Positions 49,598 to 61,914 of a stretch of DNA of 63,178 bases are shown one piece after another. Made by a program: the position numbers and the translations under genes. The stretch comes from Octopus bimaculoides (taxonomy: Eukaryota), in assembly GCF_001194135.2 (NCBI RefSeq), contig NC_068998.1:43320054-43383231 (forward strand), given 5' to 3'. The notes beneath the pieces are model-generated. The model ran no database searches, was not told the origin of the DNA, and was given only the letters and a program-made list of their open reading frames with translations. How positions within the stretch are numbered: position 1 is the stretch's first letter; every line of letters begins with the position of its first letter.

Positions 49598-49863
49598 TGT
49601 GTTCCTATATACACTGACTAAAAGCAGAAAAACTGAAAACCATGATGGTTGCAGCTTGAATATATCTTTATCACAAGTTGGCTTGAGTCAGAGCTGACCG
49701 AGGGCTAAACAACAACTTAGAAGAAAATAGTGCAAAAACAACAACACCAAATAAAAAGGCTGCTGAATTGTAATTTTCATCCTTATTTACTTTCATTCTT
49801 ATTTTACAGTCACAACTAAGACAGAGACTTTATTTATGCAAATATGTTTGTGTGTGTATTTGC

Positions 49864-49901
<38 letters not shown>

Positions 49902-50853
49902 TTGGTGTAACTTAAGGTGATATAGTAGTGATAAGATAACAATAATCATACAGACTGAGTACCGGAACAAGAAAGTAATTTACAAAATGTGTTAGATTAT
50001 CAGCAAAAGACAAACATTGACAGGTGAGAATTCACTTCCCTCTGGAATAAATTTCACGGCTCAGTTGATTCACTTAGCCTAATCAGAAACCAGCAATAAC
50101 AACGCCATTTCTTCAGTGGTTCAGCTCAATAACCTCGCATAACATTTTCTGGTAATTACCAAGGACAAGAATTACAAATAATATTTGTGCTGCAGAGTCT
50201 TTTCGGTTTTTTTCTTTTTTCCATTTGATTTCGTTTCTTTTAGTTTTGTTTTAATTTTGAGTTGGTCTTTCTAACATGATGCATGGGCTGGATCATTAGC
50301 GCCGTCGACAAAATGCCGATGAAAGAGTGATAGACTGGCAGAACCAGTAGAGCGGTGGACAGAATACTAAATATGGGTACTGGATTACCGGAACCGTTAG
50401 AGGAGAGTACAAATTAATATGTAAAGGTGGTAGGTTAGCAGAAACTTCAGAAGACTGAAAAAACTGTCATGTGGTATTTTGTTATGCTCACCACTTCTGG
50501 CTTTTTAAAAAACAAATTTCTTATATTGGTTGTGCAAATTACAGTGCAATACCAAAAACTTATATAGATATAATATTTACTACTACAACTACATCGTTAC
50601 ATATTAATTTCAAATGCTGCCATTGTTAGCATTGCTTCTCATATTTCTGAGATCGATAGAGCAAAGTACCATTTAAATATCAGGCCTGACTCAATCAAAC
50701 ATACACTGTCCACCTCCCAGCAAACATGAAATCGCGTGACAGTGAGAGAAATCAACATATGCTAGCTTTTCGACTTATGTATTTAAAGTCCATTCAAGGG
50801 CCATTTTAGTAGCTTTTTAGGCCTCTGGGACAAATCAATGCACTAGGCCCTAA

Positions 50854-50990
50854 AGAAGGAAACCCAGCAAGATATGGGATGAAGTATTGAAAGCTGATTT
50901 CAAGACACTGATCCTTATGAAGGAAATGGTTAAGAACTGAGATATCTGGTACATTGCTGTACTGAAGCAGACCCATCCACCACAGCAGAA
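50854..50990 (+). mobile_element. RTE-clade LINE 3' remnant
   Basis: RRKPSKIWDEVLKADFKTLILMKEMVKN*DIWYIAVLKQTHP resembles the RGRP.KTW.E.V..D..DR..WR terminus of RTE ORFs. Confidence 0.65.
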
Positions 50991-50994
50991 TTTA

Positions 50995-51493
50995 TACCGG
51001 TGGTGGTGCAATGTTAAAAGCACCCACTATGCTCTGTGGAGTGGTTGGCATTAGGAAGGGTGTCCAGTTGTATAAACCATGCCAGAACAGACAATGGAGG
51101 TTGATATGGTCCCTGGCCTTACCAATTCTTGTCAAACTGTCCAACCGATGCCAGCATGAAAAACAGACATTAACTGATGATGATGCTACATACACACACA
51201 CACACATATATATATAGATATATATACATATATATAAATTTACATACACATATATGTGTATGTGTATTTGTGAGTGTGTGTATATATATGTGTGTGTGTG
51301 TGCATGTGTATGCATGCATGTAAAAATGCACCCAGCACACTCTGTTAAGTGGTTGGTGTTAGTAAGAGTATCCGGCCATAGAAACCAGGCCACAGCTGAG
51401 AGTTAGTCTGGACAGATCCCTGGCTGGACAGCTCCATGTCAAACGGTCCAACACATGCCAGCATGGAGAGCACACGTTAAACAACAATTACAG

Positions 51494-51523
<30 letters not shown>
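50995..51523 (+). mobile_element. Two family B SINE 3' portions
   Basis: aaagcacccacta..ggcattaggaaggg..gccagcatgga..(c)a(t/c)(g)ttaa..(GAT)n occurs twice. Confidence 0.72.
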
Positions 51524-51524
<1 letters not shown>

Positions 51525-52269
51525 TGTGTGTGTGTGTGTATGTGCATGTGAATGTATGCATATCACTTAGGATTCAGCTTTGTATTAAGATGTCCCGTAT
51601 GCTGAATCATTATGTCTGAAATAGAATTATGGTTAAAGTAACACAACTGTGCTTTGAATAACTAAAATATTTTTTTACTCAGTTGAAATTTGTACATAAT
51701 CATAATTGAGATCAATATAAATTGAATTTGACACTTAAAAATGTCTTGAAGCGTGATTTTAAACTAAAAATGATGAGAACAAAATAATCTAATTTTATAC
51801 ATCGTGTAACAATGGATTTATTTGAAGGCGATTCACAAATTGTAACAACTGTTTAATGTAGTTAAAATTTTGTGAAGTTTTAAGCATCAAAAGATATTTT
51901 CTAAAGTGCAATAATGCCAAAGATGGTATTAATGGTAGAAAAGGTACAAAGGATGGAATTTATTTTTTGCTTTATTTTCATTTTATTTTATTTTATCTTA
52001 TTTTTATTTAGATTTTGTGTTTCGGGTTGTGTGTATGTGTTTGAGTAAAATGGGAAATTTTCAGCAGTTTTCAATTGAAATTTGAATTTCATAAACAAGA
52101 TCACGCCAAAATCCATTATGTATATTATCTGTATTTCTGAAAGGGAGTTTATTATTAGAATAAATTTAAATTTTGCCCCTAAAGTGCCATCTTACCTTGT
52201 TACATTTGAATAAGTATCTTTGTGTATTAGTTGATAGATAGATAGATAGATAGATAGATATATATAGAG

Positions 52270-52989
52270 AGAGGAAGGAAATGTTCTCTATGTGGCCTGT
52301 GTATTTTCTGTACTCTGTTTATAATTTTGTCCACGTTTTTTGCAACGTCCTGTACCCATATATGCATCTATATATACATGTAGATGTAGGTATGCACATA
52401 CATGTACGTATATATGCATATACTCATATATTATTTGTATTACATGATCGAGCGCACACGTCATCCTTGCAAGTAAGTTTCAACTTTATTTTTCTGACAC
52501 GACTCTATCTATCTTTGTATCTTTCTCCCCCTCTCATTCTTCCTTCTGTTGTTCTTCGCCTCTCCCCTTCGCTACTATATCTCTCTCTTCCTCCCTGTCT
52601 CTCGTTGCTCACCTTATATTCTACTTCCTCCCCTTTTTCTCCCTCTACCACTCTTTCTCCTTACCCCTTGCTGGTCACGTGTCTGGCTACTACTTTTTTT
52701 CTTACCTTGGCGATCGCCAAGCTCGCACGAACTATTCTTCGTCTCTCTTCCTTCCAGTTCGTCGCTTCACAGCGTTCAGTATACATATATTTTTACACGT
52801 CTGGCCGTATAGCCTTTCTTGTTTGTTTTCCCTGTTTCGTTTTCCTGTGTTGTTTTCTGTACTCTGTTTATCATTTTGTCCACGTTTCTTTTTGCAACGT
52901 CCTGTACCCAGATATGAATCAATATATACATGTAGATGTATGTATGTACATACATGTACGTATATATGCATATACCCATATATTATTTG

Positions 52990-53023
<34 letters not shown>

Positions 53024-53304
53024 NNNNNNNNNNTTGTTTCTTACTGGTGTCAACATAGTCCACGTGGGAGCGTTTTTTTGTGTAGGGACATAATGGCTGT
53101 CTCGTGCGTTGACTTGAATCGTTGGTTGTAGTAGTAGTAGTAGTAGTAGTAGTAGTGACCGTGTTGCAAATGGTTAAACGGGTAAATGGTAAACTACTAC
53201 TACTACTACTGCTGCTGCTACGACCAACAATCACTGCTACTACTGCTATTACGGTCCTACTACTACTACGACCAACAGTCTCTGCTACTGCTGCTATTAC
53301 AGTC

Positions 53305-53337
<33 letters not shown>

Positions 53338-53717
53338 TCCTCCTCTACTACTACAGCCAATTAACTACTGTTGCTTCCACAGACAGACGTCACTTCCGTT
53401 TACCATTACCAACACGGTCACTACAACTGCAGCCAACGATTCAAGTCAACGCACGAGACAGCCATTATGTCCCCCCACAAAAAACGCTCCCACGTGGACT
53501 ATGTTGACACCAGTAAGAAACAATTGTGAACGTTTCTTTTGATTACGTTTTTTTAAAAATATGTATTTTTGATAAGGTTCGTTTTTTTCAAGAATCGAAA
53601 CGTGTAAAATATCCCTGAGAAAATTATAAATTAAAATTTATTTTATATAGTGGCGTTTTCAAACTTCTTTTTTATAAATATATACCCACTTGTATGCTAC
53701 CTACACTTTTTAACAAA

Positions 53718-53755
<38 letters not shown>

Positions 53756-53963
53756 GTATACAAATAATATATGAGTGTATGCATATATACGTACATATAT
53801 GTACATACCTACATCTACATGTGTATATAGATGCATATCTGCGTACAGGTCGTTGCAAAAGAAACGTGGACAAAATGATAAACAGAGTACAGAGAACACA
53901 CAAGTCACATAGAGAACATTTCCTTCATCAGCTGCCACCATTCTAAAACTAAGCATTTCGAAG
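52270..53963. mobile_element. Nested direct/inverted repeat complex, probably Penelope-like pLTR remnants
   Basis: Repeat R twice direct and once inverted; ~130-bp diverged inverted pair 53034-53175/53398-53523; degenerate hammerhead at 53564-53611. Confidence 0.55.
53564..53611 (+). ncRNA. Degenerate minimal type I hammerhead
   Basis: Stem I tattt/aaata, core tTGATaA (C3U, G8A), stem II ggttc/gaatc, GAAA, cgtg (one change from palindromic cgcg), UA site. Confidence 0.5.
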
Positions 53964-54039
53964 ATTTAGGGCAGGTCACATTGTTAGAATGGCTCTTCCC
54001 ACGGATCCCAAATTAAATTAAAATTAAATTTGTAATGTG

Positions 54040-54455
54040 GAGGAATGTAGTGTGTGTATCTATGTGTCTGTATATGTTTATATATGCGTTTGTCCCCCCT
54101 CCCACATCAATTGAGAACCAATGCTGGTGTGTTTGCAACCCCGTAACTTAGTGGTTCGGTAAAAGAGACTGGTAGAACAAGTACTAAGTCTTGGGGTCGA
54201 TTTGCTTGACTAAAGGCGGTGCTCCAGCATGGCCACAGTTAAATGACTGAAACAAGTAAAAGAATGAAGGGATGAAAAAATGCATGCATGTATATATGCC
54301 TCGCACACACAACCCATGGTGCTTCACACTATTTCCATTTACCAAACAGAATTCAAAAGGGTTTGGCCAATCCAAGGTGACTTGCAGTAGGATCGAACTT
54401 AGAAGTACATTGTTTGCAAAGTAAAACTTCTTAATGATGCAGTTTTGCTGTACCA
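54040..54455. mobile_element. Family C SINE 3' half (+) followed by a degenerate head (-)
   Basis: ccgtaacttagtggttcgg..ggcggtgctccagcatggcc; then caaaagggtttggccaatcc..gatcgaactt. Confidence 0.7.
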
Positions 54456-55619
54456 TTCTTGTTATTCTTCAACACTTACATGTTACTGGAAGTTCGTTTT
54501 ATGGATCTTGGAGGGATGAAAAGCGAAAACAATCATATCTGGAGGGAACTATTCGATTAAATTGATCCCACAACTTTCAGATACTTATTTTATTGACTTT
54601 GGTAAAAAAAAAAAAATAAAATGAAGAAGATAAATTCAATCATAGTGAGATTCTGAATTCCAATTGTAACGAAACATAAAAAGCTAGCTACAAGGTGTTT
54701 AATGGTTTGCTATTTCCACCCACCTAATGATGATGACGATAACGATGATCGTAACACTAACAATAATAATAGTAATAAATATTCACTATAACCGTCGGTA
54801 AAATTTAACAAAACCCCAACAACACTACATCCTATAACAATCTATTGATTTCTATTGTATATCCTGCTATCTTTTAGAATGAAGAATATTGAGAAGAGAC
54901 TGGATTTTAATGCCTTCCTCTTTTTCAATTTCTACAGTGAACAATTTACATTTGTTTAGCATTCAAACATTTTATCTATTTGTTTGCTATTCCTACAAAA
55001 ATTCTCAATGTGTGACTTGCTATTAATACTAAAACTGATTGAAAGTATCTCAGACGACTGGTTGAAGTATCTAATGTTTACATCCCATTACCCGAATCAC
55101 TGTGTAGATAACGGAGAATATTACTCTTATTGGCATAATCTGAAATTTCTATGTGGTCGTTTGATGCACTGGAAATAGCAACTAAATCTCTGTTAAATCT
55201 CTGTATTATCTTTAAAAATAATGGAAGGATACATTTAGCAAAGTAGTCTTAGATATATGTGAAGGTGCATGGCTCAGTGGTTAGAGCATCAGGCTCACGA
55301 TCATGAGATAGTGAGTTCAATTTCCAGACCAGGATGTGTGTTGTGTTCTTGAGCAAGAGAGGATCAGTGAGTCAAGTGTGTTATGGAGGACTTCTGGATT
55401 ATATTTCTAGCAGGTCAAGTTACTGCAAAAAATGTCCATCTTTGACTTTTTTTTCTGATGAGGTTGGTGCGAAGAGGATGGCTAATTATAGTTTTTGTTT
55501 CATGTAAATTCTTATATAAATCCTTTGTGATTCATATCAACCACAAAAGGATAACACAGGCTAAATTGTGCCAGTTGTCCCTAATACTGTATAGGATATT
55601 CATATTCAAATAGTTTTAA

Positions 55620-55824
55620 CCCTTTAGCATTCAGTTTTCTCAGTCAAATGTACTGCTTATTTATTCGCATAAATTTGAATTAATCAGGCATTATATCATA
55701 GCATGGATATTTTGATGGTACAACTGTTTTTTTTTTTTTTTTTGTAGAGTAAGTGTGAGAGATCAGATCTGGCCCATTTGAAGATTATGTTGGTTGGATA
55801 AAGGCTGGTTTAAATGCTAAGGAA
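55620..55824 (+). mobile_element. piggyBac-like MITE
   Basis: TTAA-ccctttagcatt ... aatgctaaggaa-TTAA; body homologous to 12781-13393. Confidence 0.75.
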
Positions 55825-56639
55825 TTAAGCTAGTCAACTAATGAGAGTACTTCTGTGCAAGCATTCATTCTGCTTGAAACAGCAGCCAAAATCACCCCTT
55901 ATTTTATCCTTGCTGTCTTAAAGACAAAAAACATATTGGTTAATTTTCTCTGTCAGATTGCATGAAACATGAAATGCTTTACTTCACTATTGAAATATAA
56001 GTATTGAAAGTGGCTTAGTTCTAGAAAATGTTGGAATAAAAACATAGTTACATGAATAAAAAAGTAAATGACAGAATGCAGTACAGAGAGCTGTTAGTTA
56101 CTTTTCTTGGAAACAAATAGTCTCACCTATAAGCACTCACACAAACACACATGCAATCTATCTCTTTCTCTTCTGTCTGTCTTTCTCTATCTCCCTCCCT
56201 TTGTCTCTCTCCTTCCCACTCTCCCTCCCTCTCTCCCTCTCTGTTCCTCCCACCATCTCTCTCTTTTTAAAGACATCTATGAGAAATTTTCTGCTTCATG
56301 TTAGGTAGTGAGACTTATTTATTGAACATGGAACATCTGCAAATGCTGGAGAGAAAATTGTCGAGTTATCTATAGATTTCTAATTAGGGTTGGAATTACA
56401 AAATGTTGTGTTATTAAACTCAAAAAAAAAAAAAAAAAAAATGAATGGTAGAATTCCAGACACCAATATGTTGCCTATGTTTGAAGCAAACTAGCTTTTC
56501 TTGGTACATAATGCAGACTATATGACATATGAATACGTGTGATGTCACAGGGTATTTGGTAAAACATAAAGCTTTGCATTTGAAATATCTGTAAATGCTG
56601 GGGAAAACAAGCATTGAGTATTTTCTGATTAATATGTAA

Positions 56640-56998
56640 TATTGGTTTCAAATTTTGGCACAAGACCAACAATTTCAGGAAAGGGTTAAGTTGATTACAG
56701 TGACACCAATATCCAACTGGTACTTATTTCATTGACCCTGACAGGATGAAAGGCAAAGTCACCTTGGGTGGAATTTGAACTCAGAATGTAAAGTTGGATG
56801 AAATACTGATAAGAATTTTGCCTGGTATGCTAATGGTTCAACCAGCTCACCACCCTGCATTTGATATGTAATGTCAGTTTAGAACTTTGGCACAAAGCTA
56901 GCGATTTCAAACCAAGGTAAGTTGATTACATCAACCCCAGTGTTCAACCGGTACATATTTTATCGACCCCAAAAGGTTGAAAGACAAATTCACCCCAT
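56640..56998 (-). mobile_element. Two family A SINEs
   Basis: aactggtacttatttcattgaccc..gatgaaaggcaaagtc..gaatttgaactcagaa; second core at ~56940. Confidence 0.8.
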
Positions 56999-57420
56999 GC
57001 CAGTAGCATGTAAAAAGCACCATTCAAGCATGGCAGATGCCAGTGCTGGTGGCACATAAAATACACCATTTGAGCATGGTCGATGCCAGTGCTGCCTGAC
57101 TGACTCCTGTGCCGGTAGCATGTAAAAAGCACAATTCAAGTGTGGTCAATGCCAGTGCCACCCGACTGGCTCCTGTTCCGGTGGCACATAAAACGCACCA
57201 TTCAAGCATGGTCGATGCTAGTGCTACCTGACTGGCTCCCATGCCAGTGGCACATAAAAGCACCCACTACATTCACAGTGGTAGGTTTTAGGAAGGGCAT
57301 CCAGCTGAAGAAACCTTGCCAGACCAGACTGGAGCCTTCTGGCTTGCCATTCTTTAGTCAAACCATCCAACCCATGCCAGCATGGAAAGCGGGCATTGAA
57401 CGATGATGATGATGATGATG
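56995..57420 (+). mobile_element. Family B SINE with about 5 internal ~66-bp units
   Basis: Repeated gccagtg..gactggctcc.gtgccggtggcac.taaaa.gcacc units, then aagggcatccagctg..gccagcatggaaagcggg..(GAT)n. Confidence 0.87.
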
Positions 57421-57487
57421 CTCAGCATGCTAAAAGATCTAGCAGCTTGACACCTTATGTTTGATACGTAATATTTACATGAGACTA

Positions 57488-57695
57488 AGATGGTCAGCAA
57501 GCAGAATCATTAGTACATAAAGTAAAATACCTAACTGCATTTCGTCCATCTTTATGTCTTGAATTCAAATTCTGCCGAGGTTGACTTTGCCTTTCACACT
57601 TTCATGGTTGATAGAATAAGTACCAGCTGAACACAGGGGTCGATGTAATCGACTTACCTGCTTCTTCGTAGTTACTGGCTTCAGGCCAAAATTTG
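57488..57695 (+). mobile_element. Family A SINE
   Basis: gaattcaaattctgccgaggttgactttgcctttca..aagtaccag..ggggtcgatgtaatcgactta. Confidence 0.82.
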
Positions 57696-58004
57696 ACATC
57701 AATATTAACATGGAGATAGAGAACACGACAGAGCTGAATCACTACTTGGAACTTTGAAAGTATAAGCTAACATTTGCAGGAATTATGAACTGTACTGCAA
57801 TGGACATCTGTCAAATGATGCTATGCTGCTTCAGCAAGACTATATTAATTAATATTGAATAATGAACATTCAAATCACAATAATGATTATGATGATCATA
57901 TGAATTCATAATATTGATGTGATGCTATATGTTATTAGTTCCTAATTACTTGTTCATAGTAGGTGATGATCTAATGCAACAAATTTGAAATACCTTTGAT
58001 ATAT

Positions 58005-58200
58005 TCTAAGCTTGTTTAGATATGTCATGGGGCTGCAGAATGGCAGATTGTGAAGAGGCAGTGGAAGAGCTCACCTGAACCGATGGTGCTTCTTACTTTG
58101 ATGCTGAGCAGAGAAATCCTAGAAGATGAATGGTCAACATCATGAAGCCCTATCAAGAGATTAACTGCAATGCTACCACAGGGGTGGTGTCCCTGGTTGT
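58005..58200 (+). mobile_element. Possible RTE LINE remnant
   Basis: LSLFRYVMGLQNGRL*RGSGRAHLNRW loosely resembles LRWFGHVMR..RGRP..RW. Confidence 0.35.
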
Positions 58201-58812
58201 GTAATCAGCTAATGAAAGACTCACAGTGACTCAATCTCCCAATTCAAATTCATAATTATGGAATTGGATGGCAACAGAGAGTCATGGGAACTCATAGAAG
58301 CAGTGGAAAGAAAAATTATTTATAACATTGTAAAGTGATAAGACAAGCCAATCTGTCTTACTCGGGCCAAAGGAAACAGATCAGAATATTCTTATCCATT
58401 TTAACGAATATCTTTCAAACTATTCTATTGTTAGTAGTCAAGTGGCTGGTAAATATTTAATGTAGTGATTCAAAACATTTTTTAATGAATTAAAATAACA
58501 GCCATAGTAATGAGAAGAAAAATGATTATTTTAATAAGTGGTTCTCGTTAAGAAATGCAAAGGAAGCCAGAACCGAATTTAAATTGAATTGATTGATTAA
58601 ATATAGAATGCTGTAGGAAGTGAATCTGATCTGTGGTAGTATGCTGTTTCTGGGAATATTTTGGTATCATTACTCTCCACAGTGACTCATAATCTAAATG
58701 TACTGCTAGATTTTAGAAAGACAAGAAAAGATATAGCAGTTTGGGGAATGAGCTGACGGGGAGGATAACTTAAAAGAATAGTGTGTGTGTGTGTGTGTAC
58801 ATACAGGCATAC

Positions 58813-58847
<35 letters not shown>

Positions 58848-58861
58848 CATCCGTCTATCTA

Positions 58862-58998
<137 letters not shown>

Positions 58999-59009
58999 TT
59001 GTATATATA

Positions 59010-59232
59010 TAAGGCCGTTGCCAGTACCTCCTGACTGGCTTTCGTGCCAGTGGTACGTAAAAGCACCCACTACACTCTCTGAGTGGTTGGGGTTAGGAAG
59101 GGCATCCAGCTGTAGAAACTCTGCCAAATCAGATTGGAGCCTGGTGTAGCCATCTGGTTTCACCAGTCCTCAGTCAAATCGTCCAACCCATGCTAGCATG
59201 GAAAGCGGACGTTGAACGATGATGATAATAAT
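59010..59232 (+). mobile_element. Family B SINE, one unit plus tail
   Basis: Near-identical to the reverse complement of 8850-9030. Confidence 0.9.
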
Positions 59233-59312
59233 GATATATATTATCCAAAATGTACAGTATGCACGTCATGTTTTTTTTTCTTGTGTTTGTTCTTAATTTT
59301 TTGGGATTAACT

Positions 59313-59368
<56 letters not shown>

Positions 59369-59927
59369 GAAATGAACAAGCATGTATATATGGTATTATA
59401 TTATCATTTACAAAAAAAGTTGCATAAATCCATAAGTATAACAAGCTAAGCCTAAATTTCTTCTTAGGTAGTTCTTTACAACTGTTTCAAAAATTCAGTG
59501 ACTGTTTGATGCTATAACACGTATTATGTAAATGAATGTGCATACTGATGCCATGATTATACATCAAACAAGCAGAAATTATTATGAACACATAAACATG
59601 AAATCTGAAAATATCTAAGCCAGTGGCTTTGAAATGCTGACTTCTTTTTTCATAAGAAAAAGGAGTGGCAAAAGCACAATTCCTTTAGTAGCAAACTAGT
59701 ATTTAAGAGCATGAACGCATTAAAAGAAAGAGGGAAGATAAAAGGAGAGGAGGTTAGCAATGGCAAGGTGAAAATAGTGATAATAAGAAAGGTTGGGAAG
59801 TCTAAAGTAATAAGATGTAAGAAAATGAAAGAGAAAAGGAAGTGACTTAAATATGATAAAAAAGAAAGATAAAGGAATAGTGAAAAAATCATGAAAAGGC
59901 TATAATCAGTTAGAAGGAATATACATG

Positions 59928-59978
<51 letters not shown>

Positions 59979-60375
59979 GTACTTGAGATTGCAGTGGTGC
60001 AAAGCTAGAGTTGCAAACATACTCTTAGTTTTAGTTCATATATATATATANNNNNNNNNNNNNNNNNNNNNNNNNNNNNNNNNNNNNNNNNNNNNNNNNN
60101 NNNNNNNNNNNNNNNNNNNNNNNNNNNNNNNNNNNNNNNNNNNNNNNNNNNNNNNNNNNNNNNNNNNNNNNNNNNNNNNNNNNNNNNNNNNNNNNNNNNN
60201 NNNNNNNNNNNNNNNNNNNNNNNNNNNNNNNNNNNNNNNNNNNNNNNNNNNNNNNNNNNNNNNNNNNNNNNNNNNNNNNNNNNNNNNNNNNNNNNNNNNN
60301 NNNNNNNNNNNNNNNNNNNNNNNNNNNNNNNNNNNNNNNNNNNNNNNNNNNNNNNNNNNNNNNNCCTTATTAATA

Positions 60376-60417
<42 letters not shown>

Positions 60418-60440
60418 GTGTGTGTATGTATGTATATGTA

Positions 60441-60623
60441 CAAGATGGTGCTGAAAAGTTCCTGGCTTTAAGGGTATTGTGAAAGGTCCAGCCTTCCAAA
60501 TTCTTTTACAGGGCTTAGAAAAAGTGTGTGAATCTGAGAAGGGAATATATTGAATAAAATCACAACAAACTGATCCTTCTGTATTTTCTTTTACCCAAAG
60601 CCAGGAACTTTTTAGCACTCCCT

Positions 60624-60625
<2 letters not shown>
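60441..60625 (+). mobile_element. Mariner-derived MITE
   Basis: TIRs caagatggtgctgaaaagttcctggcttt / aaagccaggaactttttagcactccctca flanked by TA; internal KCVNLRREYIE* resembles the mariner transposase C-terminus. Confidence 0.85.
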
Positions 60626-60661
<36 letters not shown>

Positions 60662-60980
60662 TAGACAAACAGACAGACGGATAGATATTATTTATACATT
60701 ATTATAAATATAAATTCATAGCAGCAAATATCACATGTTACATTCTAATGAGTGAAGTGTAATTTAACAGTCATTTGTCATGGCTAATCAGAAGAAAATA
60801 GTTTTGGCTCATTTCCCACTGAAGATCTGAATACTCTTCTTCCAGTTTATGAGTTCCAAAGAGATTTCGAAAACGAAAAAGCAATGAAAACCTGAAATGA
60901 TTAAACACTAGGCTGGCCATTAGTCCCATCAGATTTATACTACTTAGATTGTCCCTTTAAATCACTGACCTTTGTGTCAG

Positions 60981-61046
60981 CATTCAAATGGTGGTTGTCC
61001 ATCCCAGATTTTGTATGTGGGATTAAGCAAGGACGAGGAGCTAAAG
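60981..61046 (+). CDS. Candidate 66-nt symmetric cassette exon
   Basis: cactgacctttgtgtcAG acceptor with CTGAC branch-like motif; AAG|GTGAGT donor; two frames open (HSNGGCPSQILYVGLSKDEELK or xFKWWLSIPDFVCGIKQGRGAK). Confidence 0.4.
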
Positions 61047-61609
61047 GTGAGTGAAAAGTGTAAAGAGGAGAGAAATAGATGGGTGAGGTGTATTTAAATG
61101 GTGGTATGAGACAAAAACGAAGCTTTTAACAGTCAAATGGGAAAACTCCAGTCCTTACTGCTTGTAAGAAATTGACCAGTTGGTCAAAATATCTTTCTGG
61201 CTATGAGAACAAGAGGAGAAAATTTCATGTCAAGAGTTCAGGAAGGTTCCTGAGTAGCATGAATTATTCATGACAATACTTTTTACCAGTAAACAAAGAA
61301 CACACCTTGTACTGTGGTAGACATGTGGTCCTCACTTTCCCAGGACTCGCCAGTTAGTGTTATAGAGTACTTGATTTTCCTTCAGTAGCCATATGTATCT
61401 TGCCAAAGTTGTGATGTTATGTCTTACCTGGATTATGGAGAAGAAACATGCAATTACTTAGTCTCAACTTGAAAAGAGTTTCCTAAGCGCTACCATATCT
61501 ACGTATATACCTTCCTCCCCCTCCTCATCATCATCATCGCCACCACTACCAATACTACAACTAAGAGTTTACTGCTAGAAAGAGTACATTTTTATAACTA
61601 GTTATTCAC

Positions 61610-61914
61610 AGACGCAGGAGTGGCTGTGTGGTAAGTAGCTTGCTTACCAACCACATGGTTCCGGGTTCATTCCCACTGCTTGGCACCTTGGGCGTCTTCT
61701 ACTATAGTCTTGGGCCGACCAACATCGCTTGACAACCGATGCTGGTGTGTTTATGTCCCCGTAACTTAGCGGTTTGGCAGATGAGACTGATAGAATAAGT
61801 ACTAGGCTTCCAAAGAATAAGTCCTGGGGTCGATTTGCTCGACTAAAGGCGATGCTCCAGCATGGCCACAGTCAAATGACTGAAACAAGTAAAAGAGTAA
61901 AAGAGTAAGAGTAG
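61610..61914 (+). mobile_element. Family C SINE with internal deletion
   Basis: Head and tail near consensus; middle removed at ccaa microhomology (ggccgacc|aacatcgcttgac). Confidence 0.88.

Noticed and set aside
52281-53093. 270-aa ORF
   Set aside because: Composed of repeat R copies, CT-rich low complexity and an N gap; no domain motif.
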